Origin: Eledone cirrhosa
Taxonomy: Eukaryota
Reading direction: 5' to 3'
Assembly: GCA_964016885.1 (NCBI GenBank)
Contig: OZ024749.1
Location: 17,608,001-17,672,000, forward strand
DNA: 64,000 bases
Both the position numbers and the translations under genes were made by a program. This document shows, one piece after another, positions 12,540 to 25,907 of this stretch (its first letter is position 1; each line of letters opens with the position of its first letter). A model generated the notes under the pieces. The model worked only from the letters and a program-made list of their open reading frames with translations. It searched no databases and was not told where the DNA came from.

Positions 12540-13120
12540 GGAAGCGGATGCATCGGCTACCGGCACCCGGGTTGCTCTCGGGATCATGAGTGGGATCTTT
12601 CGGCGCCACCTGAGGCAAGTGATGTTGACCAGCGAGGCTTGGGTGTCAGGCAAGCTCGTTGTCTCATCTGGTGGTGGGTTAGACGGCCGTGGCTGGGCAG
12701 ATGAGGCAAAGAGACAGTTTCAGCTTCTCCACGCTGCGAGGGCCACTGGAGGTTTGACGCGTCAAGCCAACACATATGAGGTGGTGGAAGCAGCTGCACC
12801 CCATCAGTTCCGGCCCCTCTCCCGTCTCTTCGTGGTGCTGCAGGGGATGGAGGATTGGGGGGGGGGGGCACCAAGCGGCATCAGGGGTGAGTGGCTGGTT
12901 GTCACCAGCCTAGGTGCTAGGCTCAACTGTGTGGGTGGAAGGGAAAATGCTGATAAGAGGGCCTCATAGCTCACCTACATCAGATATGGAGGCGTCAGAA
13001 GACAAGAGAGAAAAGAAGGGGGACACACAAGAAGGTAGAATGTTAGCAAATAAATAAATGAATGAATGTACAAAAAAGAAAACAGGGGGTTGTTCCCAGC
13101 AGAAAGACCCAGAGTTCATG
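12540..13120 (-). repeat. Unidentified GC-rich repeat (partial copy of 17165-18160)
   Basis: Shares gcatcggctaccggcac..accagcctaggtgctagg..ctcacctacatcag..agaaaagaagggggacacac with 17675-18130. Confidence 0.8.
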
Positions 13121-14849
13121 TGAGCATTTTCTCATAGAACCTTGTGGCTAAAGGTGAGTCTTTCAATCTTGAAAACATATGTGTTGTTATTATTCTCTTG
13201 TTAATAGTAGTGATAATTGTTGGTGCTACCTATATCGGCTGCTCTATCAGCTTCTGTGAGTGATGATCCAATGGCCTTCTTGACTGAAGATGCAGGTCAA
13301 TGGCTTTTAAATAAATATATTCTCTATTTTTTTTCTCTCTTTCTAATCCGATTCAATATCGTCAATTAGAAAGACCAATGGAAACATTGTTTCCTTGGTC
13401 CAATCTGATGAGTAAGAACTGGTAAGAACTGAGATGTTGAGATTTGTTACAAAAAAAAATCACTAAAATCAAGATACTGGGTTGGTATAACTACCTGGTT
13501 TGTATATGTCTGTTGTGGTGTGGTATGTGGTGTGGCATGATGTGTATATTTTGATGTGGTGTGTGCAGGGTGATGTGTAGTGTAAAGAGGAAATTTTACA
13601 CACATAGGACCTAGAAGGGGTGTGTGAGGACTCTACCCCCTATAACCCTCTCAGAAATAAATGGCTGAAGAAAAAGAGAAGTATTTTCAAATGTGAATTA
13701 TTTTTTTAAAAAGTCAAAATTTCAACTGTCATGAAAGTACCATCCAACTGTTTTTATTTACACATGTGGATATTTTGTCATAAATATAACTATAAACCAG
13801 TTAAAGTTTACAAAATAAACATATATAAACACATCAATGTTTTTTGTTTTTTTTAAATGATGTGGACATTTGAAGCTTGGTGGAGCCCTTCACTCTCCAG
13901 GTTTGAACAGTTGATTTCTTCCAGAGAAGTGAGAATAAGAGGCAGGAAGTGAGATTTTGAAATATAGAGAGGAAGAACAAACCCCAGTGATAGACTGGTA
14001 TTGTTTTTATCAACCTTGAATGGGCGAAAGAAAGTTGACCTCAGCAGGATTTAAACTCAGAGAACCAGGATAAATATGGCAGAAAGCATTCTATCTATTG
14101 TTTTATAGACTTTAAATAAATGTTTCTACTTTTGATTCAAGGCCAGCAATTTGAAGAGAAAGGGGAATGCCAATTAAACCAGGCCCAGTGCATTACTAGT
14201 ATTGCTTTTTATCAACCTTGAATGGATGAAAGTCAAAGTTGATCATGGCATGATTTAAACAACAGAACATAAAGGACAAACTTTATGACACAAAGCATAT
14301 CGTATGACACTCTACTGATTCTGCAAATCCACCACCCTCAACAATGAAATGAGATTGTGTTGCTGTAAGAGCCCTTAATGACAAATAATATGAAGAGGTA
14401 CTTTCTACAGGGTGTATTTGTTAATTACAATACAAAACCTCTGAGAATGATTTCCAACATATTTCACCATAATAAATGTTCATCAATATATATTAATATT
14501 ATTATTATTTTCTGCTAGCATGTGTAGTGTTGATATTATAGTGTGTATATAGATATGATACATCAAATAAAATCGTAATTGGCAATATATAATACATAGA
14601 AATTGAACGAAGACTGTGTTACACTCTCTTATTTAACCAGTAACGTAATCCATGGTACATTAAAAAAGACGGTATTATATATAAACTGCATTAGGAGAAA
14701 ATTAGAGACGGAAATATATGAATGTTTATTTAAGCGACGGAAGTGTTGACATTTCAGAAATTTTAAAGAAGTGAATCTTTAAATAAACAAAATATCAAGA
14801 GCCACGAAATTTAGTAGATAAATTATGTAATATTCATTCATTATTTATT

Positions 14850-15033
14850 GGTGAGTTGGCAGTATCGGTAGAGGGTTGTACACCATGCTTTGACGCATAG
14901 AGTTACGGCCCTTGCCATTCTGAGTTCAAATCCTGCCGAGGTTGACTCTGCCTTTCATCCTAACGGGGGTCGATAAAATAAAGTACAAGTAATACACTGG
15001 GTTATTGCCACCCTTGTGCCTAAAGTAGAAACA
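14850..15033 (+). mobile_element. tRNA-derived Meta-type SINE with TSD attatttatt
   Basis: ggtgagttggcagtatcggtag..gagttcaaatcc..gcctttcatcc..gtcgataaaataaagtac; the empty paralogous site is at ~36824. Confidence 0.85.
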
Positions 15034-15525
15034 ATTATTTATTCAAAGTAATGCAACTTATTTTACTAATGGGATAAAAAATTATATTAGGTCAGGTGGA
15101 TTGGCCAGAACAATTCTACTCTTCTTTTTTAGATGTCACAATCTTCCGTGGCATTCCTGAGATCATTAATCGCCAGCTGGACATCCTGAGACATCTGATC
15201 TATGTAGGTCAATCTCAGTCAACCCACTAGGGTCTTACAATGTGTAGATATCTACAACAATAGCCAGCTCATCCTACCCTCAGTAGCAATGTCAAGCATA
15301 TCTTATCCTCTGCTCCCTAGTTATTGTGGTAATCTTTGATATATGTCAGTATATTTCTTGCCTTTGATTAATGTATTAAAAAATAAAAATAATAAAATAT
15401 ATATATATACACACACACAACATATATGTTGAGATGTATAAGATTTCTCAAGCTTCACATTTTATATTCTGACTTCCAAAGTGTGTCTATATATTTGTGT
15501 TTTTCATATTTGACAGGGATAGGGT

Positions 15526-16119
15526 TTACCGCAAGTGTTGACTACGTAGGTGAACAAACTTTGACGAATTCTGATTGAAAGATTTATCACATATTTCACA
15601 TGAATAAGGTTTTGTACCAGTATGTGCTCTTTTGTTACATACAAGATGAGAACTATGAGAAAAAGATTTACGACATATATCAAAGTGGAAGGGTTTTTCA
15701 CCTGTGTGTGTTCTTTTGTGTTTTACAAGATTTGAACTATTAGAAAAAGATTTACCACATATTTCACAATGGAAGGGATTTTCCCCAGTGTGTGTTCTTT
15801 TGAGATGTTCAAGTTGAGAACTCTGAGAAAATGATTTCCCACATATTTCACAATGGAAGGGATTTTCACCAGTGTGTGTTCTTTTGTGATGTTCAAGTTG
15901 AGAACTCTGAGAAAATGATTTACCACATATTTCACAATGGAAGGGTTTTTTTCCAGTGTGACTCCGTATGTGAACGACAAGATTAGAATTATTTATGAAA
16001 GATTTACCACATATTTCACAGTGGAACGGTTTTTCTCTACTGTGTATTTTCTCATGTGAGGATAGTTTCAGTTTTGAAGAGAAAGTTTTCCTGCAAATCC
16101 CACAGCTATATTCAGACAT
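15526..16119 (-). CDS. C2H2 zinc-finger protein, 197 aa, 7 fingers (2 degenerate)
   Basis: Intact ORF of tandem CxxC..HxxxH units with TGEKP-like linkers and no effector domain. Confidence 0.85.
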   Translation of the reverse strand: MSEYSCGICRKTFSSKLKLSSHEKIHSREKPFHCEICGKSFINNSNLVVHIRSHTGKKPFHCEICGKSFSQSSQLEHHKRTHTGENPFHCEICGKSFSQSSQLEHLKRTHTGENPFHCEICGKSFSNSSNLVKHKRTHTGEKPFHFDICRKSFSHSSHLVCNKRAHTGTKPYSCEICDKSFNQNSSKFVHLRSQHLR

Positions 16120-17164
16120 ATTTCATAAAGGAATCTCACCACTTCCACTCATATATTAAGAAATGTAGCATTCAGTTGGTAAAGTAATAAGATGTGTATG
16201 AAAGCGCAAGACTGATCTTCGAAGAAGAAAAAGCAAGTGCTAATATATATATATGTGTGCAGATGTGTGTGTGTGTGTGTCTATATATATATATATATTT
16301 AATTTTGTTAAGGTGAGACAAGTTCTATTCACAATAACATCCTCAGCTCATAAAACAGACGAATAAGTCTTCATAATTTAAGGTTCTTGTTATTCAGGTG
16401 ACAAGAGAATTAATATCCATAATTTCATATTAAAACAAAACACATTATTAAAGGTATTTCCATTTAAAAAATGGAAATGAAAAAATGAAAAACAAAAACA
16501 TGAGAGAGATGTGGAATGATGTGTCTTGCTTAAGGACACAATGTACCTGCTTTTGAAAACATTATATTAAAATAGGCTGTATGACTTCACTATAAAATAT
16601 ATATATGTTTGTATACATATATATAGTATATATTTGTGTGTATACATTGTCTCATTCCATGAGAGTAACTTGGTCAGTCTATGAACTCCTCATCTGACCC
16701 TTCTATATACATATTTGTCAGTGTGTGTGTACATATGTATATAGAATATTGTCACAACTACTATATACACCACATATACACTATATATAATATTGTCCAA
16801 TATATATAGACTATATGTCATGTTGTCCAAGGGAAAGGCTGATATAGATCGGCACCAGTGACATTACAACTATTATATACACTATATCTATATATATATA
16901 TATATACTACATACACTATATATAATGTCCAGAGGAACGGCTGAAACAGCTTGACACCACCATTTATCATATATATATATATGCACTATACATACTATAT
17001 ATACACTACATATATATCATCATCATCACCATTATCGATTAACATCTATCTTCCATGGGTTACACAAGTCGTATTTTGAGGCAAGTTGTGTAGGGTGACC
17101 ATGACAGCTCATATAGGGGTGTTTCTGGCTGGATGCCCTTCCTAATGCCAACCACATTGACAAT

Positions 17165-18160
17165 GTGGTGCCTGGAGTCCCTGGATGCCCTCATACGCAG
17201 ACACCCAGTTGCACCGGACTGAACTCCTCGCCCACTTCAGGTGTTATGGACCTGCGGACCAGCTTGGCAGCCAGCCCCTGGAAGACATTGCCCACAGAGA
17301 TTGGGTCTGAGATCAGCGAGTGGTTTAGGTTGCTTGAGTCGCAGGGCAGCCAGGACCTCCTCGGTGGATTGGAGAACAGTGTCCTCTGAGGCATCACCCA
17401 TGATTATTTTGGCATTTACACGGTCACGCAAACGCTTGGTGCTGGAGGATTGGGGGCACCCGAGAGCGGGGTGTCTCGTGTCCTTAGGCATGCTTGGAAT
17501 GGGCACTTGCCCAATGGACAAAACATTGGCTTTGACAAAGGCTGCTGTCGATCGGCCGCCTCGGACAGTGCCAGAGATTGGGAGGCCTTAGGGCAAGCAG
17601 GGCGAATTAGAAGAGTCGCACCCAGTCACTGGTTTGATTGGATTCCAGGGCACTCCCAATAGAGGAACCAAGGGCATCGGCTACCGGCACTCGAGCTCCT
17701 GAGAGGGAACTACCGGCACCGCCTGAGCCGAGCGATGATGACCAGCGACGCTTGGGCTTCAGGCAAGTTTGCTGTTTCATCTGATGTGCTAGATGGCCGT
17801 GGCTGGGCAGAAGAGGTGGAGAGACAGTTTCTGCATCTCCAATATGCGAAGTGCTGAGGTGTCGACTGGTGGGGAGGGAGGATGGAGCATGGAGCACGAA
17901 GTGGCATCAGAGGTGAGTGGCTGGTTACCACCAGCCTAGGTGCTAGGCACAAATGTGTGGGTGGAAGGAAAAGTGCTAAGAGAGCCTCATAACTCACCTA
18001 CATCAGAAGACAAGAGAGAAAAGAAGGGGGACACACAAGAAGGTAGAATGTTAGCAAATAAATAAATGAATGAATGGATGAATATACAAAAAAGAAAACA
18101 GGGGGTTGTTCCCAGCGGAAAGACCCAGAGTTCAGCACGCACACATGCGAGCATGTTAGC
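17165..18160 (-). repeat. Unidentified GC-rich repeat, possibly a decayed retroelement ORF1/leader
   Basis: Abrupt GC-rich island, partly duplicated at 12540-13120; no recognisable domain. Confidence 0.6.
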
Positions 18161-19750
18161 AGTTTCTCATAAATGTGAGTCTTTCAATCCTGAAAACATA
18201 TGTGTTGTTGTTATTGTCACTGATGATGGAGTTGGCTTCTTCTTGTTAATAGTAGTGGTAGTGTTTGTTGGTAAGTTGTTGGTGTATACACATATATGTT
18301 GTTGTTGCTGCTGTCGCTGCCTTCCTCTTGTTAATAGTAGTAGTAGTGTTTGCTGGTAAGATGTTGGTGTATACACGTTTGTTAATGACACCGCTGCTAT
18401 CGCTGCCTTCCTCTTGTTGATGGTGGTGGTAGTTGAAACTGCTACCTATTCGGGCTGCCAGGCTGGCTGCTGGGGCTCGAACGCCTTCTTTAACCGAAGA
18501 TGCGGGGTTGTTATTGTCACTGTTTCTGTCGTTGCCTTCCTCTTGTTAATGGTAGTGATAATTGTTAGTGCTACCTATATCGGCTGTCAAGCTGGCTGCT
18601 ATATCAGCTTCTGCGAGTGATGCTCCAATGGCCTTCTTGACCAAAGATGCAGGTCAATGGCTTTTGGCATCGTTTGGTAACACAACAGCAAATAAATATA
18701 TTCTCTATATTATTTTCTTTCTTTCTGATCCAATTCAATATCATCAATTGGAAAGACCAATGGAAACATTGTTTCCTTGGTCCAATCTGATGAGTTCCAC
18801 TCCACTTGGTAAGTAAGAACTGAGATGAGATTTATTACAAAAAACCCCACTAAAATCAAGATACTGGGTTGGTATAACTGCCTGGTATGTATATGTCTGT
18901 TGTGGTGTGTTGTGGTGTTTTGATGTGGTGTGTGAAATAGCTGAAGAAAAAGTGAAGAAAGTTGTAAAGTATTTTCAAATGTGAATTATTTTTTTAAAAA
19001 GTCAAAATTTCAACTGTCATGAAAGTATCATCCAACAAATATTAAAGTTATGCAATTGTTTTTATTTACACATGTGGATAATTTGCCATAAATATAAACC
19101 AGTTAAGGTTTACATAATAAACATATAAACACATCAATGTTTTTTTGTTTTTAAATGATGTAGTCGTTAGTGAACATTTGAAGCTTGGTGGAGCCAAGTT
19201 TGAACAGTTGGAACAGAGAAGGAGAGAGAAAAAGAGGGAAGAAGTGAGAAAGAAATATAGAGAGGAAGAACTGACCCCAGTGATAGATTGGTATTGTTTT
19301 TTATCAACCTTGAATAGACGAAAGAGAGTTGACCTCAGCAGGATTTAAACTCAGAGAGCAAATATGGCAGAAAGCATTCCATCTACTGTTTTAAAGACTT
19401 TAAATAAATGTTTTTACTTTTGACTCAAAGCCAGCAATTTGAAGAGAAAGAGGAATGCCAATTAAGATGTCACAATCTTCCATGGCATTGCTGAGATCAT
19501 TAATCTCCAGCCGGACATCCCGAGACATCTGATCTATGTAGGTCAATCTCAGTCATCACTCTAGGGTATTACAATGTTTAGGTATCCACCACAATAGCCA
19601 GCTCATCCTACCCTCAGTAACAATGTCCAGCATAGCTTGTCCTCCGCTCCCTAGTTATTATGGTAATCTTTGATATATGTCAGTATATTTCTTCCCTTTG
19701 AGTAATGTATTGAAAAATAAAAATAATAACATATATATGTATACACACAC

Positions 19751-20249
19751 GGAGTAGGCAAACCCAGAAAAGCATGGGATGACTTGATAAATTCCGACCT
19801 CACACACTTACACCTCTCCAAGACAATGTCACTGGACCGAGATCTTTGGCACTACGCAGTAATACAGAGGACCCGCCTTACCTAAGTGCAAAGCGAAACC
19901 TACAGTCAGTATGCACCTCTTACCAAAATACACCCCCGTCCCACTACCCCCACCCCATCCACTTTCGATGTAAAGATATGTTGGTACCACAACATCCAGT
20001 CCTAAATAAATGGTCGTGTAGGTGTCACGACAAAAATATACACAGTCCACGCTGTAATGTGGTCGTGTAAGTAACACGGTAAAACACTCCCAGTCCACAC
20101 TGTAAACGTGGTTGGTGTTAGGAAGGGGATCCAGCCGTAGAAAAACCCGCCAGACAGTCCTATACGAGCAAGACAACCACTCTTGCCTCAAGTGGGAAAA
20201 TTCCCGTCCAAACCCATGCTAGCGTGGAAGGTGGACGTTAAACGATGAT
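19751..20249 (+). mobile_element. RTE-type LINE 3' end inserted in a (CA)n tract downstream of a ZNF
   Basis: GKPRKAWDDLINSDL..DRDLWHYAV; tail gtggaaggtggacgttaaacgatgat; flanked by acacacac; absent from the paralogous flanks at ~15410 and ~37220. Confidence 0.8.
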
Positions 20250-20365
20250 AACACACACAACATATATGTTGTGATGTATAAGATTTCTCAAGCTTCACAT
20301 TTTATATTCTGCCTTCCAAAGTGTGTCTATATATATATGTTTTTCATATTTCACAGTGATGGGGT

Positions 20366-20707
20366 TTACCGCAAGTGTTGACTACGTAGGTGAACAACCA
20401 GTGACGAATTCTCAATGAAAGATTTACCACATATTTCACATGAATAAGGTTTTTCACCAGTATGTATTCTTTTGTGACATACAAGAAGAGAACTATGAGA
20501 AAAGCATTTCCCACATATTTCACAGTGGAAGGGTTTTTCTCCCGTGTGACTCCGTATGTGGATGACAAGATTAGAATTATTTATGAAAGATTTACCACAT
20601 ATTTCACAGTGGAAGGGTTTTTCTCTACTGAGTATTTTCTCGTGTGAGGATAGTTTCAGTTTTGAAGAGAAAGTTTTCCTGCAAATCCCACAGCTATATT
20701 CAGACAT
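20366..20707 (-). CDS. C2H2 zinc-finger protein, 113 aa, 4 fingers (first lacks final His)
   Basis: Same N-terminal (MSEYSCGIC) and C-terminal (HLRSQHLR) fingers as its paralogs. Confidence 0.8.
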   Translation of the reverse strand: MSEYSCGICRKTFSSKLKLSSHEKILSREKPFHCEICGKSFINNSNLVIHIRSHTGEKPFHCEICGKCFSHSSLLVCHKRIHTGEKPYSCEICGKSFIENSSLVVHLRSQHLR

Positions 20708-22189
20708 ATTTCATAAAGGAATGTCACCACTTCCACTCATATAATAAGAAATGTAGCATTCAGTTGGTAAAGTTTGGTAAAGTAATAAGATGTATGAAAG
20801 CGTAAGACTGATCTTGGAAGAAGAAATATATATATATGTGCGCGCGTGTGTGTATATTTTTTTATTTTTGTTAAGGCTTCGTAATTTAAGGTTCCTGTTA
20901 TTGAGGACAGTTCAGTTGACAAGAGAATTAATATCCATAATTACAAAAGATGAAGGTTAATATATATACAGACATACAGTGTGTAAATATGAGAGAGAGA
21001 GAAATAGACGTGTGTGTAGATGTTGTAATAAGCCAAGATATTTCACTTCAGATAGAAAAGTTCACAATGTTTGTGTTGTGGTGGAAAACGAAACAATACG
21101 TACTTTAGTTTTCAAGACCAAATATAAAGTCAAGAAAAGTTAGTAAAAACTAAATGTTCACTGATTTCTGATTAAAATAATATTTTCCTGTCCTGTAAAA
21201 TGTTGAACAACCACTTCAATATTTAATAATACAGGTGATAAAACAACAACTATAAGGTAAATAAGTCACCTTATGTTATTTACACCTCAATATGAAATAA
21301 TCACCATAAAAGATAAAATTAGATGAGGTTGAAGTTGTAACAATGGAGCTGATATAAATCGTAATATTGCACTGTCTAGTTGACGCCGGTGTAATGACTA
21401 AAAGGTCCCCTACATAATTTAATACATTCAGAAACAACTTCCGTTATGTTAATTCACACCTTCAATCGATATGTTAGTAATTTATTCAGATTTGTATAAA
21501 TAACATTATTAATTTCACATAACTGTTTATATTGAAGCAAAACACATTATTAAAGGTCATAAACTAGAAATGTAAATAACGAAAAATGAAAATGAATGAC
21601 GCTACTAAAATAATTGTTTCTATTTTTGGCACAAGGCCGGCAAATATCCCATTGCATTACTGGTACTTTATTTTATCGAGCCCATCAGGATGAAAAGCAA
21701 GGTTAACCTGGGCAGGATTTGACCTCAGACCGTAAAGGGGCGTGACTCCGTGGTTCAAAATATGGCGTCCGACCCTCTACTCATACTGGTAATCCACCTA
21801 ATGGGAGAGGGACAGACACTATACTCCTGTCTGAGCTGTGACTTAACCCCTCCCTATCTTCCTCTTCTCTCTTTATACAGGCAGTGAAGTCTGGGTTTGT
21901 GGTCGCTATCAAAAGGTTGGAGGCAGAGATCCAACCCATGCTAAACATCCAACTAATTCTGCTACTTGTCTTTTTCAGCTGTGGAGATTAGAGACATGTA
22001 GAATGATGTGTCTTGCTTAAGGACACAATGTACCTCCCTAGCTGAGAATTGAACACATAATAGGATGTATAACTTCACTATATATATATATATATACACA
22101 TATATGTGTGTGTGTATAGACATTTATATATATGTGAGTGCGTATGTACATATGCATACATATGTGCTATATATATGAAACAAACAAAG

Positions 22190-25185
22190 CATTTAATATT
22201 GGCTGTTGGAACATACAGACAAGGCTTGACAGGGATTCCTCCGAACGTCCTGAACGTTGCAAAGGAGCTTCGTCGTTACGATCTTCACATCGTGGTATAA
22301 CGAGATACTGGGTTGTATGAATGTAACAAGGAGACATGGTTTGTGTGTATAATATTTAATTAACAATCATGGATGTATATAGAACAGTATAGTTGTCATG
22401 TCAAAGAAATAGATGAAAGAATGAAGCAAAGTTATTTGATTGCCAAACGAACGTGGCTGGCAGAAGACGCCTGGGATCAAGACTCCTGGCGAAAGCCAGG
22501 AGGAGCCTGACCGAAAAGGCGAATGAGAGAGTGAGAACTTTAAGTTGTTAGTTTTATAGGGTTCTGACCGGAAGTTACAGAAAGGGTTCTACTTCCTGTC
22601 TAGATGGTGTTAATCTATTGGGGTTGTGAGTGTCACAACAAGGGAGGCAACCTCCTGCTACATAACCTCCCGCCAGAATTTTAGAATATAAAAATCGAAT
22701 GAAATATGTAGCAAGTTGGCGAGAATGTTGTAACAGGCATGAAAATTACGACAAAAGAATGTTTGCAAAAATCAATGATAGATATCAAGGTAGCGAACCG
22801 CTCTTGGCCAGAGAACGACTGGACATCTATCTATCCATCACCCAAAGATACAATGTAATAAAGTAAGAGAAGAGCTCAAAGTTCAAATGTACAAAATATA
22901 GTTCACAGGTGTGCAATCACATGACAGCAGGAAAGAAAGTGTGTTCCAGAGAATGAATGCAGGTGGTTTCTGTTCTGTGGTATATCGTGAAATTTCCAAC
23001 CTCCGAATGGATTTTCTCACAGGAAGAGTGCTGCAAAAATAAATTCTCTGGCTTGTTCTGCTGGTTTTGGTTGTTGGTGAAGCTGTGTTGCTGTTGATGT
23101 TGTTGTCTCGCGGAGTGAGCGTATTCGGTGTTTAAATTCACAGTAAAAAAAAATATTTTTTTTTCAGAAAAAATGAGTTGCGCAAAGTGCTAGAAATAAC
23201 AGCCGAAGTTGATGGTCGATGTTGAGAATGCGTTGACCTGGAAGGGTCAAGAGGCCAGCGACCAAAGAAATAAGCATTCTGAATAAATGCGCAGTTTTCA
23301 ACGGCAAATAGGAGAATATAGCTTAAGGCTGAAGAATCCTTGGCGAGAAACGTTATCTCTGGCGTGCGGCTATCTCTGTGAGTCGAGAATTTGTGCTGCC
23401 TACACGTGCCAATACAAGATTAAGTTAGGTTGAAAAAATAATATTTCTAATGCGCGAGAAAATGATAGTGCAACGGGTCGTTGGCAGCCATTTTGAAAAA
23501 AATGTGTGTGTGAAAGTGACAATGATGAAAAAGAAAGGCTTCACTTAGCATAATTATTGGTGTGAAGTTTGAAAAAAAAACGAAAAAAAAAACTTGAACG
23601 ATGAAAAAAAAGGCAATGGTTCATCGAAAATAAATGTTCCTGTTGAAATGTTTTTTTAAAAAAAATATCAAATTTCTTTTTTTTTTTTTGTTTTGAAAGT
23701 GTTCGTTGTAAGAAACGAGAAACATATATATATATCGTGAAATGCGACAGTTAGTTGATGCGTGAGAGAAAAAGTCTGTCTGAACGCGAATTTCACATGT
23801 GCGTGGTGTGTTCGTTTCTTGGAGAAACATATATATATATACAGCAAACTGCGACAGTTAGTGGATGCGTGAGGGAAAAAGAGTGTCTGCACGAAAGTTT
23901 CACATGTGCGTGTGTGCGTTTCTTTGACTGAGTATTTTCATAGTTTGTCAATAAATTTGCTGTATATTCGTAATGTTACTCACACAACACCAGATTCTGC
24001 TATTTTTTTTCTTTTTTCGGGGTGACCACTTATAACAATGAACGGCTGCGTGTTCGTATCACGTCAGGGTTATGAATGTAACAAGGAGACATGGTTTGTG
24101 TGTATAATATTTAATTGACAATCATGGATATATATAGAACAGTATAGTTGTCATGTCAAAGAAATAGATGAAAGAATGAAGCATAGTTATTAGTTACCGT
24201 TTGATTGCCAAACGAACGTGGCTGGCAGAAGACGCCTGGGGTAGGACTCCTGGCGAAAGCCAGGAGGCGCCTGACATAAAAGGCGAATGAGAGAGTGAGA
24301 ACTTAAAGCTGTTAGTTTTATAGGGTTCTGACCGGAAGTTACAGAAAGGGTTCTACTTCCTGTCTAGATGGTGTTAATCTATTGGGGTTGTGAGTGTCAC
24401 AACAAGGGAGGCAACCTCCTGCTACAGTGGCTTTATCCGAGACAAGGTTAGCTAACCTGCCCCTGGTAAGCAGTACAGTGAACCAAATAAGTACGGTAAA
24501 CGACTTGGGGTAGTTGATCAGTTTGTCTATCTGGGAAGCACTGTCAATCGATACAGCAAGGATGAAGGATTCTAGAATACCGAAACAACTCTTTTATGGA
24601 GAGTTAGTTAAAGGAAAACGACCTCCACATAAACCAAAAAAGAGGTATAAGGATTCGTTAAAAGCCTCTTTGAAAGACGCTAACATCTCTGCTAATACAT
24701 GGAAAAGCCTAGCTGCTGATTGTAATAAATGGAGAAAGACTGTACATGAGGTGAAAGTTGCTTTTGAAGCATCTCGAATCGCATACGAGAAAGTAAAAAG
24801 GGATCAGAGGAAGGGTCCTCCTATGGTGCTGACATGCAGTGTCTGTGCGAGACTTTGCCTCAGCAAAGCTGGACTCGAAAGTCATCTTCGCAGTCATAAA
24901 GTAAAACCAGTTGTTGACTACCAGGCTGCTGTTGGAGATGCTACTCATCATGCCAGTCAAACAAGAGGGCTCAAACGACATGCAAAAGTACATGAAATCC
25001 AAGCACAGCCAACTATTGCCAGTTAACATTTTGGTTGCCAGCTCTGTGCAAGACATTTTAGATCATTGGCCACATTCGATCGCAACACTGTTAATTGTTG
25101 TGTGTGTATGTGTGAGTATAAATATATATATATATTTTTTTTTCGTGCAATGGCCACACCCGATAACGAGGTGGCAGCCATCATA
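22190..25185 (+). mobile_element. Internally deleted RTE (BovB-like) LINE interrupted by an LTR element
   Basis: APE start FNIGCWNIQT..RPER..AKELRRYDLHIV | VALSETRLA resumes at 24427; RIPKQLFYGEL..RYKDSLKASLK; C-terminal CSVCARLCLSKAGLESHLRSH. Copy at 52417-53210. Confidence 0.85.
22296..24426 (-). mobile_element. Non-autonomous LTR retrotransposon (TRIM/LARD-like)
   Basis: LTRs 22296-22662 and ~24071-24426, TSD GTGG on both sides, PPT (GGCGGGAGGTTA), tRNA-Trp-like PBS, no gag/pol. Confidence 0.92.
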
Positions 25186-25520
25186 TGTGCCTGTGTACAT
25201 ATATAGCAATAATTTGAGGGTTGTGTTGGTAGTTGATCGTGTTATAGTGTTGGTTCATTTCAACTTAATATGAAATAATCACCATAAAAGATAAAATTAG
25301 ATGAGGTTTAAATTGTAACAATGGAGGTGATATAAATGGTAATATTTCACTGTCTAGTTGACACCGGTGACATGACTTAAAACTCCCCTACATAATTTAA
25401 TACATTCAGAAACAACTTCAGTTATATTAATTCACACCTTCAATCCAATTTTCGTTAAACTCCATCTGATGCTGCTACTCGGCTTCTTGAGCTGTACTGA
25501 TTGGAGACACGTAAAATGAA

Positions 25521-25578
<58 letters not shown>

Positions 25579-25907
25579 CATTTCACGCGTCTCCAATCAG
25601 TTCAGCTGAAAATGATATATATATTAGCAGAAATATATGATTGAGAAAACAAAGCTCTTAAATTTTATTCTTTACACCATATTTCATCTGAAAGGGTAAC
25701 ATTCGTTTTCTGATGGAAGGAATTAAATAAGATTTATATACCTCCGTAGAAGGTATATATATATAATAATTATTATTGTTTATTCTTCAACCTTTAAATG
25801 TAAACATACCGTTAGTCCCTCGGCCCACTAAAGACCCATTAATAAGTGTAAATAGATATCGAGACCTCTATTAACAGTTTAAATCTGCCTTTGCACCTTT
25901 ATATTCA

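Noticed and set aside
22917-23141. Recurrent 74-aa Gln/Asn-rich ORF in the LTR element interior
   Set aside because: GTG start, no recognisable domain, broken by a stop in the 54.8 and 56.1 kb copies; recurrence reflects repeat identity.
24040-24071. Possible tRNA-Trp gene
   Set aside because: Only the 3' half is present, with encoded CCA next to an LTR in the duplicate; it is a PBS, not a gene.
24835-24897. Plus-strand C2H2 motif as a further ZNF gene
   Set aside because: It is the C-terminal zinc finger of the RTE LINE ORF.
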